From assembly GCF_964355755.1 (NCBI RefSeq), contig NC_092676.1, positions 9,773,888 through 9,837,887 on the forward strand: a DNA stretch of 64,000 nucleotides, in the 5' to 3' direction. Shown in pieces: positions 34,029 to 49,000 of the stretch. The notes under the pieces are model-generated. The model was given only the letters and a program-made list of their open reading frames with translations, made no database searches and was not told the origin of the DNA. Every line of letters starts with the position of its first letter. Position 1 is the first letter of the stretch. Source of the stretch: Antedon mediterranea (taxonomy: Eukaryota > Animalia > Echinodermata). The translations under genes and the position numbers were made by a program.

Positions 34029-37000
34029 ATGAATAAATACGCAAGTTTTGTATTTGTTTTGCTCTTATTTTTGAACATTAAGTTTGTACTTTCGGACACA
34101 ATGTGTAAAGGTGACTGGAAGTTGTGTACAGATGCGTGTTGTTGTCGAACTGTCGGAGAAGCTAAACATGTGAAATGCTCAGGACTAGATCTTATTAACA
34201 TACCGGAGGATATACCGTCAGATACAGCTGAATTGTAAGTCCTACTCTATGTTATAGATTGATTAATCACGATCATGAAGAATATTTTATCTATCTGTTA
34301 TATATTGGAAATGTGGTGTAGTAATACGTTGGATTCTGCTATTCGCCACATAAAACATGTTTACGCCTGTGCTTTGACGTGTTAAAATGAAGAGACTAGA
34401 CTAGATCTATATTACTGCCCTCACATATAGCATAATATTGTAAAAACATTTAAAATAAGTGACATTGCCAATGTACAATTAAATTAGAAAAATTTTGTTT
34501 TCTAGGCGTCACAACATAACATGAATAGCTTTATCGTCGTGTTATATTATTTGTCACGTATGAAATGCCAAATGTATGTAATGTAACGTTAGAATGACGC
34601 GGTAAAAATAAACAATTAACATGCGTTCAAGACATGTTCTCAGACAACCGTATCAACTAATAACTATAAATATAGAATATCGCTCAATTAAATTATAATG
34701 TTTTCTAGAAATCTATTTATAATGAAGGTTATATGGACTATATCAGTATAAATTACACGCTCTTGAATTGAGGTTTGGAAACAGTTCAGCTTGTTGGCAT
34801 TATCTAAACAGCTAGTCCATTTTATTTTTATTCTGTGTCCTTGCTTTAACAAATTCTTTTATAGGTATAATACAAAATATGCAATATTTTAAAGTGTGAT
34901 TGGCCCATGACACACGTTTAGAGCCTGTTATTTATTTGGTCACAATAAATGATAAACAGGAGTAAGAATAATCTATAGCTGCTAAACACTGTTCGTTCTT
35001 ACCAAGCCAAATTGGACAAAATTGGAATTTTAAAAATATAAATAAAAAATAGACCAAGTATATCAATTATTCGTAAGTAGGGTTTAAATAGAGTAATATT
35101 TTATTTTCAATTTACTATACATTAATTTGTTTCAAAGCTTTACAGGCCGTACAAAGGTATTGTTTTTTTTATTATTATTTCTTTATTCTAGTCATTTGTT
35201 TAATGTTTTCTCTATTGGACAAATCAAACCAACCAACATTTAAATATTTGATGATAATTATACATTATTTGTACAGCATTGAAACGAACAGACTGTATAC
35301 AATACAAAAAAAACAGGCCAGTAACTGAAGAGTAAAAAGCCACAATTAAGTTTCTCTAATGACACATTCGTAATGTGGTGTATTTGTGATGTATTACGGG
35401 CTTTGTACCGTATAAACGACGTGCATTTCATCATGCATAACAATTAAGATGCGCGCGTACAAAATGCATACACATTTATTAACAGAATTTGAACGCGCTC
35501 GTCAATGTTTGTGTCTTTTCCATTGTGAGTAGAATAATATTTAATAACTAATATAATTATGATAATATCATTTACATTAGCATACAATTTATAAACAATA
35601 ATAATTAGCATGAATTAATTTGTAATGGTTATGGAAACACCTGGATTAAATGTTAATATATTATCTGGGCGGATGACCATGTTTGTAATGAATTTTTTTT
35701 TTTCAAATGTTACGGTATTCTTTTTAAATTATTAATTATTAAAAAATTACTATAATAATGATTACAACAGTTTAAATTATGTAATTCTGCTACGCATTAT
35801 TTTGCACATTGTATAACAGAATTACAATGTTTTCTTTTTAACGACTAAAATAGTAACAACTAATCAGAATTATTAATGTATTTGAAATAATTATTAAGAA
35901 AAGGGATTATCATCTTCTTCATTATTTTATTATTCAAAATCCATTATTTCCGATGTTGTATGCTTGTAAATACAGGCGCATTAATTTCAATTTAGAACTT
36001 CATAATTTATAATCTATTATACATTATTAATTTAATATTATAAATTGCGATATGACTTTCTTTATTCTTTGATTGGAAGATTAGTTTTGTATGTTACCAA
36101 CCTGTTCACATGATTTCAATTACACTTGTCAGAATCGATTGAAATCATCGGTTCTAAGTCGAATATGATTGTGATTATATTGATAAAGACGATGAGGTAT
36201 TTTGTTACTCAAATTCCCGGTAAGGGAATCGATACCCAGGGGTCATCAGGTATTCATATTCGGAATTTTAACACTATCATTAGGGAGCAGGATCTGACCT
36301 GCAAGTATTATAATAATATTGGAATTATCTTTGATTTCAAGGCTGATGTTTTTGTTGTACTTTTGGTTTCATTCCAGGTCAGGTAGGCCTACAAACGGCT
36401 TCAACAGTAGCATAGAAACACGTAAAGCTACTGCTGCGACATCATCAAAGCTATAGTTTAGCATAAACAGTAATTACCACAAATACAATGCAAAGTGACG
36501 TTCCTTCACAGTAGCACAGTTAGTCTAGTCATGGATCTATAGCTCCATGGTCTAGTGGTGTATCATACGCCACTATAGTGCTACACTACTGACAAAATAA
36601 TTATCTTCCTTTCCAAAATGGAACAAGTGTGAATGTATGACTGTATCTCCATTAGACACAATTGTAACTACTGATTGTTAAACATTTGTAGAACATCGAT
36701 ATTAAGTGTACCACAAGCTCCCCATGATCGTTAATTACTGATGTAGTAGGCCTACGAATAGTACACGGCTTAGTAGCAGTAAAATATTTTGTTAAATACA
36801 AAAGAGTACAAGAATATAATAATACTGTAATACATAAATACAAACAAATAAACGGTAGGCAGCAGTTATTTATGCAGTGATGTTGTTGGTGGTATAAGCC
36901 CCAAGTAGTTTAAAAAATCGAATTAACATTATTTTGACTTTTAAAGCTCAGGTACATGCATGACTTTTAAATATAATATCTGGTTAAAACAAATATGTGT

Positions 37001-40000
37001 AACAGAAATACCGACGAAAAGCCATGAATGCAAAATTTTGCAAAATTCAAAAGCCAGACAGAATTGTTTCAGTTACGTAGTTTAACCATGTATTACAATA
37101 TCCGATGACTCTCTAGAAAGTGGAAAAAAAGTCGGTGGGTATACATTGGATAATTTTTGTAGCACAATAAAAATCCCCCAAAAATATGAAACAAGGGGAA
37201 ACTATAGATCGATAATTATTAGACTATTTGATCAATATAAATGTTTTGCCTTGCCTGGCCTTTAAATAGTATTCTTGAATAGAACCGTCAAGTATGATTG
37301 CTGTTGAATGCGAAGTCTACTAATACAAATCTTTTACTCAGTTGCGGTTTTCGTTGACAGCGCCAATAATATCAACATTAAGTAATCAGTAATGTCACAC
37401 GTGGTATCTCATTAAAACTAAACCATTGATCCAACTGTAAAACACATATCTGTCACACAGTGTCTTAGTTTATACTCAATAGATAGTATAACGATTTAGA
37501 GCAATACTTCTTTCAAAATGAAAACATCCCGTCAAAATGAACTGCGTATTAAAGTGATTATAAAACTTATTTTTCTCGTTGTACGTTGTATAGGCCATAG
37601 GTATAAATGTAAATCGGATACGACCCTATGTTTCAACGTAAATTCTATCAATATTGCTACATTAACACTTGTTCCGTTTTGTCCGAAATTTTTCTTCATT
37701 TAACTGCGCTTTCTTCTGTTCCAAGTGTGAATTTAGCCTAATCCTGATCGATCGAATATACTGAATTTTATCGCGATGGCCGGGTGTTTTCATTGCTTTT
37801 AATACGTTACAGATTTAAATATATCATCATCATCATCATCATCATAAAAAAAAAAACAGAAACTACAAAAAAAATTAAGGCAAACAATCTGAGCATTCTG
37901 ACCTTGAAGAAACATTTTAGTGATTTAGAATTAGGCCCTAGATTCGTTATAAATTTTAATGTTCACTGTCTTGGTTAACTAGAGTTAGTTAATTCATTGA
38001 ATCGTTCAATGGATCAACTAATTACAAACAATTGTATTGTTGAATGTATGTATAACATCTAACCAATCGGTTTTATTCTAAAATTGTAGGTTCTATAAAA
38101 CAATTTATCAATTGATGCATTAACTGCAGACAAAACGTGCATATGTATAATGCGTATCGTATCGTAACCATTGTGCTTTAATAATTTTGAAAACTATGAA
38201 AGGCAAAGTATTTAAAAAAACATAATGTTGAAAAATCATAATTGTGTAATGTATAGGAAAACATTATTGATATTGAATATGATTTATACTGTAGTCATTC
38301 AACCGGATACCCAGGTTCATCGGTGCATGTTAGCTGTCACTGATGTGGCTTCTAATGACCGATGTGGTATGTCGTTAGTTTGGTACTGGGTTACCACCAC
38401 ACGTGGGTGGTGTGAGCAATCCAACCACAAGGGGGTTGGTACCCCAGCACTATAGAAAAGCAACTTAACAAAAAATATACCAGTTGATTAAAATTCTGTA
38501 CGGTTATTATTCTTAAATATTTGGTTAACTTTTGAGTAGAATTCGAAACAAAATCAAACTCTCTTGCACCTTCAATAATTTGGGTTTTTTTTCAGTTCAA
38601 AATATAAACAATAGGAATATGATGGAAAACATTTATATTTCTTTTCATTTACTTTGAAGGTCTGCCAAATTTTGTAGTATTTTTTGCGGTTTGGCGTGTA
38701 CTATAACATTACTGGTAATTTTAATTGTAAAGTAACTCTAACGCTTATAGCAAAACTCATGATGTCTAAATTGGAACTAAGAGAAGTACTGTATGGACGG
38801 CGAAGGAAAAAAAGCAAAAACCAATTTACGGAAACTGTGGTGTTGTAGTTATGATGCCTGTTGTTGATATTGGTATTTAAACGAATTAATTGTGATTAAT
38901 TGAAATATGATCCAATCCAAAACACCAGGAGAAAAGCGAGATCTAAGTTAGATGCTTAGTTCACAATGAGCGCTTTATGGGTTAGATGTGTACATAGCCT
39001 TATTCAATTACCGCAAGAAATGAATACATATTAATTTATAGAAATTATTTCGTCCGTCAAAAATGTGCACTCAGTATTATACACTTTAAGGACACCCCAA
39101 TAACACGCGGGTTACTCGCGTGCACTTAAAGAAAATTTATTTGCGAATAAATGTTTCACTGTTAAAAATAAATTTACTGATTTGTTTCATTTCAAGTAAA
39201 TTATTAGAAAACACAATGTAAACATTGTATCCCATTCAATAGCTCTACATCCAAAACAATATAAGTTTATCAAAATTGCATAATTTAGTAAACGCCAACA
39301 CAATTATTTTATTTCACTTCGGGAAAAGTGCCTACAGAGCATTCTTTTATTGACAAATCATAATCATTGATAGACTTCAGATATCTTGAGAATCTAAGTC
39401 ACGAGTTAACGTGAGGAACTACAGATTGTAAATGTTGTTAATAATGTTCCGTTACGGACTCAGGTATTATGACATCGCATGCACCCATTTGTGTGTTAAA
39501 TTCATGATTAGAAGTGATATATTTTTCTGATTACAGCATAGATTATAATCAGTGATCAAACGTTCAATATTTTTATTTTAAAAAAAGCGTTGTTTACCTG
39601 ATACAATCCAGCAAAATTCACCCCCTAGTCACGTTATTAGCCAGTAGGCTTCATAAACATTCTTTTTGAAAAAGAATGTTTTCCTTAAATTTTTCATAGC
39701 ACCAGAAGTCCACGTACTTGGAATGCCGAAACCTTTAGAATAGAAACACCCAGCGTGCGATTGTGAAGTGTTTCCAAGTTGCCAGGGAGCAAGCGACGAA
39801 AGGTTCCCGATGATTGAAACTCGATACCTAAATTAGACTTATAAAGTGCCAGTTGGGAAGCGTAAACTAATAGGGACAGACCAACGGGTTATAAGTTAGA
39901 GCGTGGCCAATACTGTGTGACGTCATCAGGCGTGGTGAGGTTTCAATTATAATGTCACCGATATCTTATTTTCATTATCTATTTTTAATATCAGGGATCA

Positions 40001-43000
40001 TATTTTTGTTTTCTTTTTAAATTTATCGATACAAATATGAATTGCTTTATTGCGTCAGACTCATTCATAGTTGTATTTGTTGAAATTTAAGATTTTAAAT
40101 TAATTTATTTTTTATTTAACATCTTTAGAATTAAAAAAAGAAACCTTGTGGAAAGTAATGTAATCACATTTATGACACAATAAAAATTACTAGACATGTT
40201 ATTATTATTGCATTAATTAGTGAAGACTAGCCACATTATGTCTGGTCGTGGTCGCTGTATTAGAATGCGCGTATTAGTATTAAGAATTTGCTGTTTATAA
40301 TATCATTTAATTACAAACCTATTAAACATCATCCGCGTGTATAATGAAATACCCTAATATATAACACATATTATTTTCTGTACATAATACATGCATTAAC
40401 TAAGATAAAATCGTTGATGAAAAAAGACGATTATACATTGCTTCTCAACATTATTTTGCAACACCTTTGTCAACGTGTTTCATTCAATCTTGTATTCCAA
40501 ATATTATCCAAAGGAAAACCCAGTCTGAAAGATCTCAGAATACAAATTATTAATCACTGATAATATTGATTTTGTTTTGTATCAATGCAAAACATTCTTA
40601 ACATCAACTGATTGATGTTAGAAATAATTATTGGCAATACTATACAAACAAACTGTATTGGAAGTACAATGGTAATTCGGTCTTCGGTGAACTTCGACGT
40701 TCTGTGTCCTGAAATGCGAACCATGGGGATTGTTGCTATAAATAGATGAGGTTTGCAGAGACATGGAACGATTTCTGTCTTTTAAATCTATATGAGATGC
40801 TCATAGCAGAGCACTGATGGAAATTATTAGGTAAACCTGCTTTTACTCATCACTTGTCATCTACCCTGTCAGTGCTCCATCATATAATGCCAATAATATC
40901 TTTTGCAGAAGATATTTTTTCCTCTTCAGAATGTATTATTTAGATTACAGAATATTATTTTGGTCTGACGTATGCGGTATGTGATTTATAGGAAGTCCAA
41001 TAGGCCCATTCCCAGCGGTAGGCACGTGTCAATCTCATCTATTTTAAAACGGGATTTTAATATGTAAAAATGTAAAATTCAGATAGTAAAGAAAGAAACC
41101 TAGTACTCAATTAGAATATACTAGACTATAATATTATTGTTTGTTGTTGTTTTCAAACAAAAAACAAACAAAAAACACAAAAACACTATTGTATCTAATT
41201 ACAGAATCGTACTCGAACAACAACAAAATCGTGAAGACAAAAGATTGAAACATATCAAAGTAATTTTCAAAAAAAGTTATTTCCATACATGTCTTTCTTT
41301 TTGTTACTTTTGAAACGATAAATATGTAGAAATCTGCTGCGATAATGAGAAAAAGTCACCCCAATCGAGATTCGAACTCGGAACCTTCTGCTTGATATGT
41401 ATATTTCCTATCCACTGGAACTTTATGGTCATTTAATTTATTTCACTTGAGTAAAAAAATAATAATCTTATCTTATCCTAAAAAAGAAGCAAAATAAAAT
41501 TATAAAACACATCATGTGTTTTTCTTAAAAATAATGTTTTATATTTTAAAACATAACAATGATGTTTATAAAGACAAAGGCCTGCGCCTCAGAATTTATA
41601 ATTGTCACCCTTCACTCCTCGTAAAACAAATTGAATGGTTAACAGTGTTGCCAAAGACCAACGAACGCAAGTTCTTATTTTGATAATAATTTCCAAACGC
41701 ATGGTGTCATCAACATTTGTGGTAGAGCTATTCTCTGAATTTATATCCCTTCAATTATTGGGTTTAGGCACATCGTCCCCGTAGTAATATTAATCATGTT
41801 TATTATTAGACCTCCAATTGACTAGGAAATATCCAGTTAAAATTGCGATAGTTTTACAGATCAGGTCAACTTTAAAAGCGTAATCTATTTGTTACAGTAG
41901 TACGTGTTTTTACAATCTACGTCTCCTATTCTTCCTTTAAAAAAAAAAATTGTGTTGTTCAATTTTTTGTCCTTGTTATTATTAGTGAAACATTATATAA
42001 AATATATTATGTTGCATAAACTATTTGATTAATTAGAAGTCATGTTTGGGGATCAATAACAGTTGTTCTATTTTGTGTCTAGTTTCTTTTAATGAAATAT
42101 AATATAAAATACATCATGTTACGTGAACATATTTGATGAATTGGTTTTCTTTGTTTTTAATAATGAAACGATATCAATTAAATTATGTTACAGCAGCATA
42201 TTTGATGAATTCAATAAGTTATGTTTAGGTAGAAATGGGTATATATTTTTTGTTCAAAGTTAATAAAATCTAACTTTTATCTAATTGAAAAAAGAAAACA
42301 TTTCATTATTAATTTCCAGAATTGAACAGCGTCATGGCATTTATTTATAACTACTATTAACATGATATTATCGTTTAAACAAACGATCCCGGTCCAAACC
42401 CAATGACATTAATTTTAAAATTTGAAATGCGATTAATGTTAACCATGTAACATTGAGTGAGATATTTATTTTCGTTTCAAATCAAAACAGATTGCACATT
42501 ATAAAAAAAATAATTGCTTTCTTCCGCTTACTCCCATCAGATTTTACTACTAATATAATTATATATAATTATTAATTGAATTGAGACTGTGATTATTTGA
42601 ACATGTAATATATAGCATACGATGTGTACGGAACGAACCTACACAAAGCACAGACACTAATGTATATTTAACAAGCATAACCTGAGACATGTGACGATGT
42701 TATAATGTTAAAATCACCACATTTTGTAATTGGATAACATTTTTAATGTATTTATTAAACATTTGGCATATAAGAAAAGGATAAAACATGAAGGAACCCA
42801 TGGGCTAATAGCACAGCACAGAAGTTTATTATATTTTATCTTTAATATATAATACCAAAGGGCCGACTTGACAGTTTTCAATGCATCGAAAAAAGATAAC
42901 AGTTTTATGCGAATTTATTGATAGCCAAATAGCAAGCAATTATACTATATACAGAAAAACACATGTTTCCCTAGTAATTTACCTTATTCAGTGTGATGAA

Positions 43001-46000
43001 TGATGCAAAACAAATGCACTGATTAGCACATGGAAGAATGTGATGATGATGGTAAACAACAAGTATAATTTGCTAATATTAATAAACATCAAAAGATGGG
43101 AAAAGTTCGATTGAAACAAGTGATTTAATTGGATAAGTTTAGATTTGTATTAATGATCTGTATGTTGATAGTTAATAATCTTTAGTGTACACATGTTAAA
43201 ATCCGGAGTGGCAGCATCTTTACCAATATAACATTTGTTTTATTAATTATCCTTACAATAATATAATTTTGATAAATTTTAAACAATTTATTCAATTTTG
43301 TTTTTAATATAGTTCTGTATTGGTATTACTCTTGTTTTTGTTAATTACTGTATAAAATGTCGGTTTTTTGTACCTCCAATGTATCATTTCTCTGAACCAA
43401 CCACTACATAATTATCTAAAAAGTGAAAATAGAATCAATACATGTTGTTTTCTTTCAAATTGATTCTCTCCTGTGCAGCCAACACTATCATAAGAGAAAG
43501 TAAAATGTGAGCACACACCATTAGTCATGCCGGGACAGAAGCGATTTATCCACTCAAACGTTCCGGAAATTTTGATGTTAATTTGTCAATAAAAACAGGT
43601 ATATGTTTAGGTCAATTGGACAGTTTAATTAGGCCGGAATGACCGTATAGGGTGACCTTTTTTAATATTAACCAGTGTTTACCATGATTAAAAATCATGC
43701 TTGCATCATTTTATAATATCTTAATTTTAAACGATTAATAATTGCAACAAAAACTTCCAGACTTTTTTTAAGAGGAAATGAGGATTATAAGCAGATATAT
43801 TCGTCAGGACAATTTGTTTTCCTCAATATTTTCCATTATTAATGATAAATAGCTACACAAAAATGGTACTATACATAACAATAAAAGGTTATTTATTTTT
43901 TTTTGTTTTTCATGTTACGTTTATATTGTTACATGTTAATTACAAAAATTAATTTTATTTGAATGAATTTTATGCATTTCACAAGGAAATTATTGTTTAT
44001 ATATTTATTATTGTAAAATAAATCTGTTTTCAAAATATTTAGTTTCACTACATCTTTAATGAATAGTAAACAACATCGTCCTAAAAATAAATTGTTTTGT
44101 TATGTCGAGAAAAATTTAATTATCATTCGGCAGTAAACCCGACACATAAGTGTTGGGATAGTTCATTACTGTGATACGATGTTCGTCACATACGCCAGGT
44201 GATGTGTAGGCTTAGCCTTGTTGTTTTGCCTTTGGCTATCTCTGCACCAGTTTATTTTAGAAAGATTATGACTTAGTTTAGAGACCCCTGCATACAACCC
44301 AACAGCGAACATTTGCATACAATTTTCTTCATGTCTGCAATAAAATATTTGTCGATAACCTAAGCATATCAATTACTCAATTTTCAGAAACGAGGCAAAA
44401 CAATGCCGAACAAACTATTGCATTCCATAAAAATAGATGCCATAAACACCAAACGCACACCACCCACGTACGCACCCAGGGCATGCGGCGGTAGGCACAC
44501 ATCGCAACCGCACGAATATTTTTAGCCCATGTTGCCACACATACGTCCTCGTGCTTTTTGTGTTTTTGTGAAAGTCTTTTGAGTAAAAGCCAAAAGACGT
44601 GTCTTGTTTTGTGTTTTATCGTAGAAAACAACTAATTGAAGTATTAATTGCCAGGCTTTTCGGTTGTATCCGCTTGGGGTGGGTATACGGATGTTATATG
44701 TTACATTTCTAAAGTTATGTATTCCACATAGTAACATTAAGCTTTATAATTAAATAATTACATTATTATTTTAAAACATTTGTTATAAACACGTTATAAG
44801 AAAATACATGTATTTTAACACAAAATTGAATGACTTTCCTACTATCAAATGTTGACACATAGTATAGTAGATTCTTCAACACACCAACACGAATGCACAA
44901 TTTTACGCGTGTGTTTATACTTTGATGAAAACTCTACGACAACCTAGTACGCGAATTCGTCAGGGACACAAAGCGCACGTTTAAAGACTGATAAACAATA
45001 AAATACGGAATCCATAACCAGGAAACATTACATTAAATAATATAATATAATAACAATAGATTTATAATTCATAATAATTTAATAAGAAAAACATTAAACA
45101 ATACTAGTTTTACTTGATCGGTCGATTGGTGTTTGGACATTTTTATTTATTTATTTATACCGGAACGGTTAATTTGTGCGTATACTGTAGGTAACCATCA
45201 TAAGTTTGTAAATTTGTACGTGAGCGTTTAGTCTCAAACCTGGAACGCCATTTGTACTCAACGAAGCGTTAACATTGTCCTCATCTCGTGGTGTCAGTAA
45301 AGAATTATGAAAGCCTTTATGTTTTTCTTGTCTCATATGGGTCAATCTGTAATGTATGAATCACCAAGGCAATGACATTCCCAAATGAATAGTCCGTATT
45401 ATTCCACGTTATGAAAATATGAATAGTAACTAGAGTCCCGTTGAGCCAACGATGAAAAGCCAGAGGCTGTAACAGTCAAAAACACTTTATTATTAGGACC
45501 TTTTCTTTGTATCTAAATTTTGCATCGTAAATTGTTAATGAAGGAAATAAAATACAAATATTTATAAATAATTGTTATCAGTTTATCGGAAACGCCTAGA
45601 GTGGACGTTGACCAAGTATCACAAATAAAAATAAAATGATAAATTGGATTAAATTTTATTTGTTTTGCTTTGTAATGTTTCGAAATAATTTGCGTAAGTC
45701 ATTGTTAAACACATTTACGGTTACTTGGGGAGCATAATATCCAATATGGCCTATAATGTTTATTATCATAAAATTATCATTATCATAAAAATATACAAAC
45801 ATTCAAGCTATATGAAATTTCAAATGACTTTTAACTGTTATAAGTCTTTGGTAAACTGTTATATTTCAATGTGTTCATTAATAAATCATAGGCCTACCTC
45901 ATAAACTATTCAAATGTAATACATTTTTTCGGAGCTTATTAACAGTTTCGATGCTATTTTCTTAAATGTAAAAAGATTTTAAAAAGAAATTCCGGTAATT

Positions 46001-49000
46001 AAACATCTACACAAACAAACATAATGCTATATTTTAAGAATTATTATTGATATTATTTTCTTTGGTACCTACTAAAATAAACGTACAAAGAAAAGTCTTG
46101 AAGAAATGAAAACTGTTGAATATGTGTTTCAAAAAATGACCCAAAGATAACTATATTATTATCAATTTCTTTTTCGAGTATCTAATCCTGGTGTTATTTG
46201 CTTTACAAATACAATTACCGAGACATCATTAAAAATGAAACACGACTAAAAGAGTCAGTATTTTTTACTTCTAAATTAAAAATAGATTAAAAAAATTAAA
46301 AAAAAAAACATTTTTTAAATCATTAAATTAGTAATGCAAACCTCCGGAAATAGTACTTAAGAATATTAATTTGCTTTATCCGGGGGAAAACACCACTTTG
46401 ATTGAGCCAAATTCAGATTACACTGGTAAGAATATCATTAATAATGACGCATGCACGTGTGTTTAGTGTGTTATGATAATAGAACAATTGATAAATAGCA
46501 ATCAATAAAAATAAATGAAACCTACAAAACATTCTAGAAGATTCCTGTTTTTTTTTAGTTTTGCTACGCCACTTTTAAACTTCGATGTGTTTATTTTTAA
46601 AAATGGGTTACAGTAATGTTGCTTTGGTAATGAAGATTTGTTTTTTTTTTTAATGTATTTCATTTTCAGTCAGTCGATACATTAATTAGGCATATTATGT
46701 GACCAAGGTATCATTAGGCCTACAATCTATCACTGTTTTGTGGGTTGCCGCTTTCTTAAGTACAGTATACTAGAAAAGCGTGTGTATTCAATGGACCTGT
46801 TTAAGAATCTACGAATTGAGTCTGAAAAGCATTAAATTTAAGCTGGCTTCCTGGTTTCTTCTTTCTCGTGGGAGGTTAGCTAACGAGTTTGACGGAAATT
46901 TATCCTGACAATGTTTCTCTATAATTTAGCAATTTTTAGTACGTATTCATGTTTTGATGTGTGTCGAAATAGGTTATATTCCGAGAGGAGAGTGGCAAAT
47001 AAGATACATATCAACAACGCAGCCGTGTTTTACACTGAAGTCGCATTGCAGCAAATATATTGTGAACGAAAGAGAAATGAAAGAAGGAAGTTAGAATTAA
47101 AGCGATGCCTTATGGGAACTTACAGACATGACTTCATTATACAATTTCTAGTGTGTAAGTTATAAATAGCAGAGTACGATATGTAGAATTGACAAGAAGA
47201 CTATCAGTTTAAAACTGACGGTAGAGGGTTATCGACGTACATGAAGTCTATTTGCATTAACCTGTTATCCGGTGATATAGATCATGAAGATCATTGAGCT
47301 GTTGCATCGATATTAATAAAGACGTTTTGTGGTTCTAATCCGCAAGCAGACGAACACCTTCTTAGATGTGGACATGTATACATGATGAGGCCCCTATAGA
47401 ATTAGCTCGGATAGTTTGGCAAATGGTTAATTTTGCAAATTCATTATTTAAAAAAATACTCTACTACATATTCATACCCAACAGGAAATATAAAATTAAT
47501 TAAGATATAACTCTTAACTTTTGAAAAAATAAAAAGAATGAAAAGTTCTAGGCTTAGCTCACCTCACTTCACCAGCAACCACCGCAGAAGCATTATTAAC
47601 AAATATCATTTTCAATGCCCATAGTTAATATCAATAATTCAAAACTTCAATGTCAAAATAACCAAATTATTTGAAATAATTGAACCACAGATAAACAAAC
47701 ACAATCTTCTAAAACATTCTAAATATCTTTAACAATTATTGTATCAAGATTACATTTTTCTCAAAAGAAAGAAAGAGTTATTTGTAGTAAATTAATTAAA
47801 TCTAATCTAAAATTAATTTACGTAAGCGTTCTCTTATTAATATGAATTCACTTTCCAAAGATATAGGCCCACTGTAGCAATGATAATGGAAAATGTAACA
47901 TTTTAAAATTTGAACACTCTATATCCATTAAAATGTATATTTATATAGAATTCATAAATATGTAAAGAATGTTCTTACAAAAATGCATGTTTTAAGGCAA
48001 TTTGACACAGATACAAAATAAAAGTATAACTTGGAATGATACATTTAGGCTGACCCAATACAAAATGTTGATCTTCTTGGGAATCTTCCAACTTCATTTA
48101 AATAATTTTGTTTAATAATTTTAATCAAATAACTTGTTTTATTCCTAATATGTTACACTTTGTATTGTTTTATATATTGTAGTTACAGTATTCAAAGGGA
48201 GAAACTATATTTTGTTGTTGAATAGTACAGAATTATATATGGGTCAAAGTTGAATATCTTTCAAAGATGTTGTATCTTCATCTCAACATGATTAATTGCT
48301 TTTTTTTTAAATAAATCAGACTCGTTTGTGCGGGAGGAGTGGCGTACCCCCCACAAACATACACACTTAGTGGAGTCTGGCCCAAACGCTATGGAAATGG
48401 AGATGGGCACCACGGCCGTTAGCATTAGCTTAGGTTTCGACTTTACCTTACCTTTTAAATAAAGAGTTCTAAAAAAGTTCTATGATGAATAAATCAAAGA
48501 AAATGTTGTACAGACGGGATCTCTCTCTATGTAGAGAATATTGTTTATAATTTAGCAACTGCAAACAAAAACAAATAAAACATTGTACCATGGAGACATA
48601 CAGTACACATTGTACGTAATGTATAACTTCCTATTCACATACACACTCACGTTGACAATACTACTAATTTAGTTATAAATAACATGATACAACTCTAAAA
48701 CTAAAGATAGATTTGTTTTCTAGATGCGATAACATTCCAACTGTCAGTAAAAATGCCATTTTAATGGCAATTATACAACTCTACCTCCTGGGCCTTTATA
48801 CTCTTGGACTTGGTTTTTGAATGACGGTTATTCCTTGTCCACTACCTACGGAGAGGATATCTCTCCCCATCACGAACTAGAACGAGACACCTAAGGTATA
48901 GTATTCTATGCTATTTGACCGCGGAGAAATACAAAAAATGCTTTATTCATAAATTGTAAAAATGAAAACACGTTCGACAAACGTCATAAAACAAAAATGC

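Noticed and set aside
38300-38460. 5S rRNA-like or SINE3 fragment
   Set aside because: Only a short loose resemblance (GTTAGT...TGGGTTACC); not enough to call.
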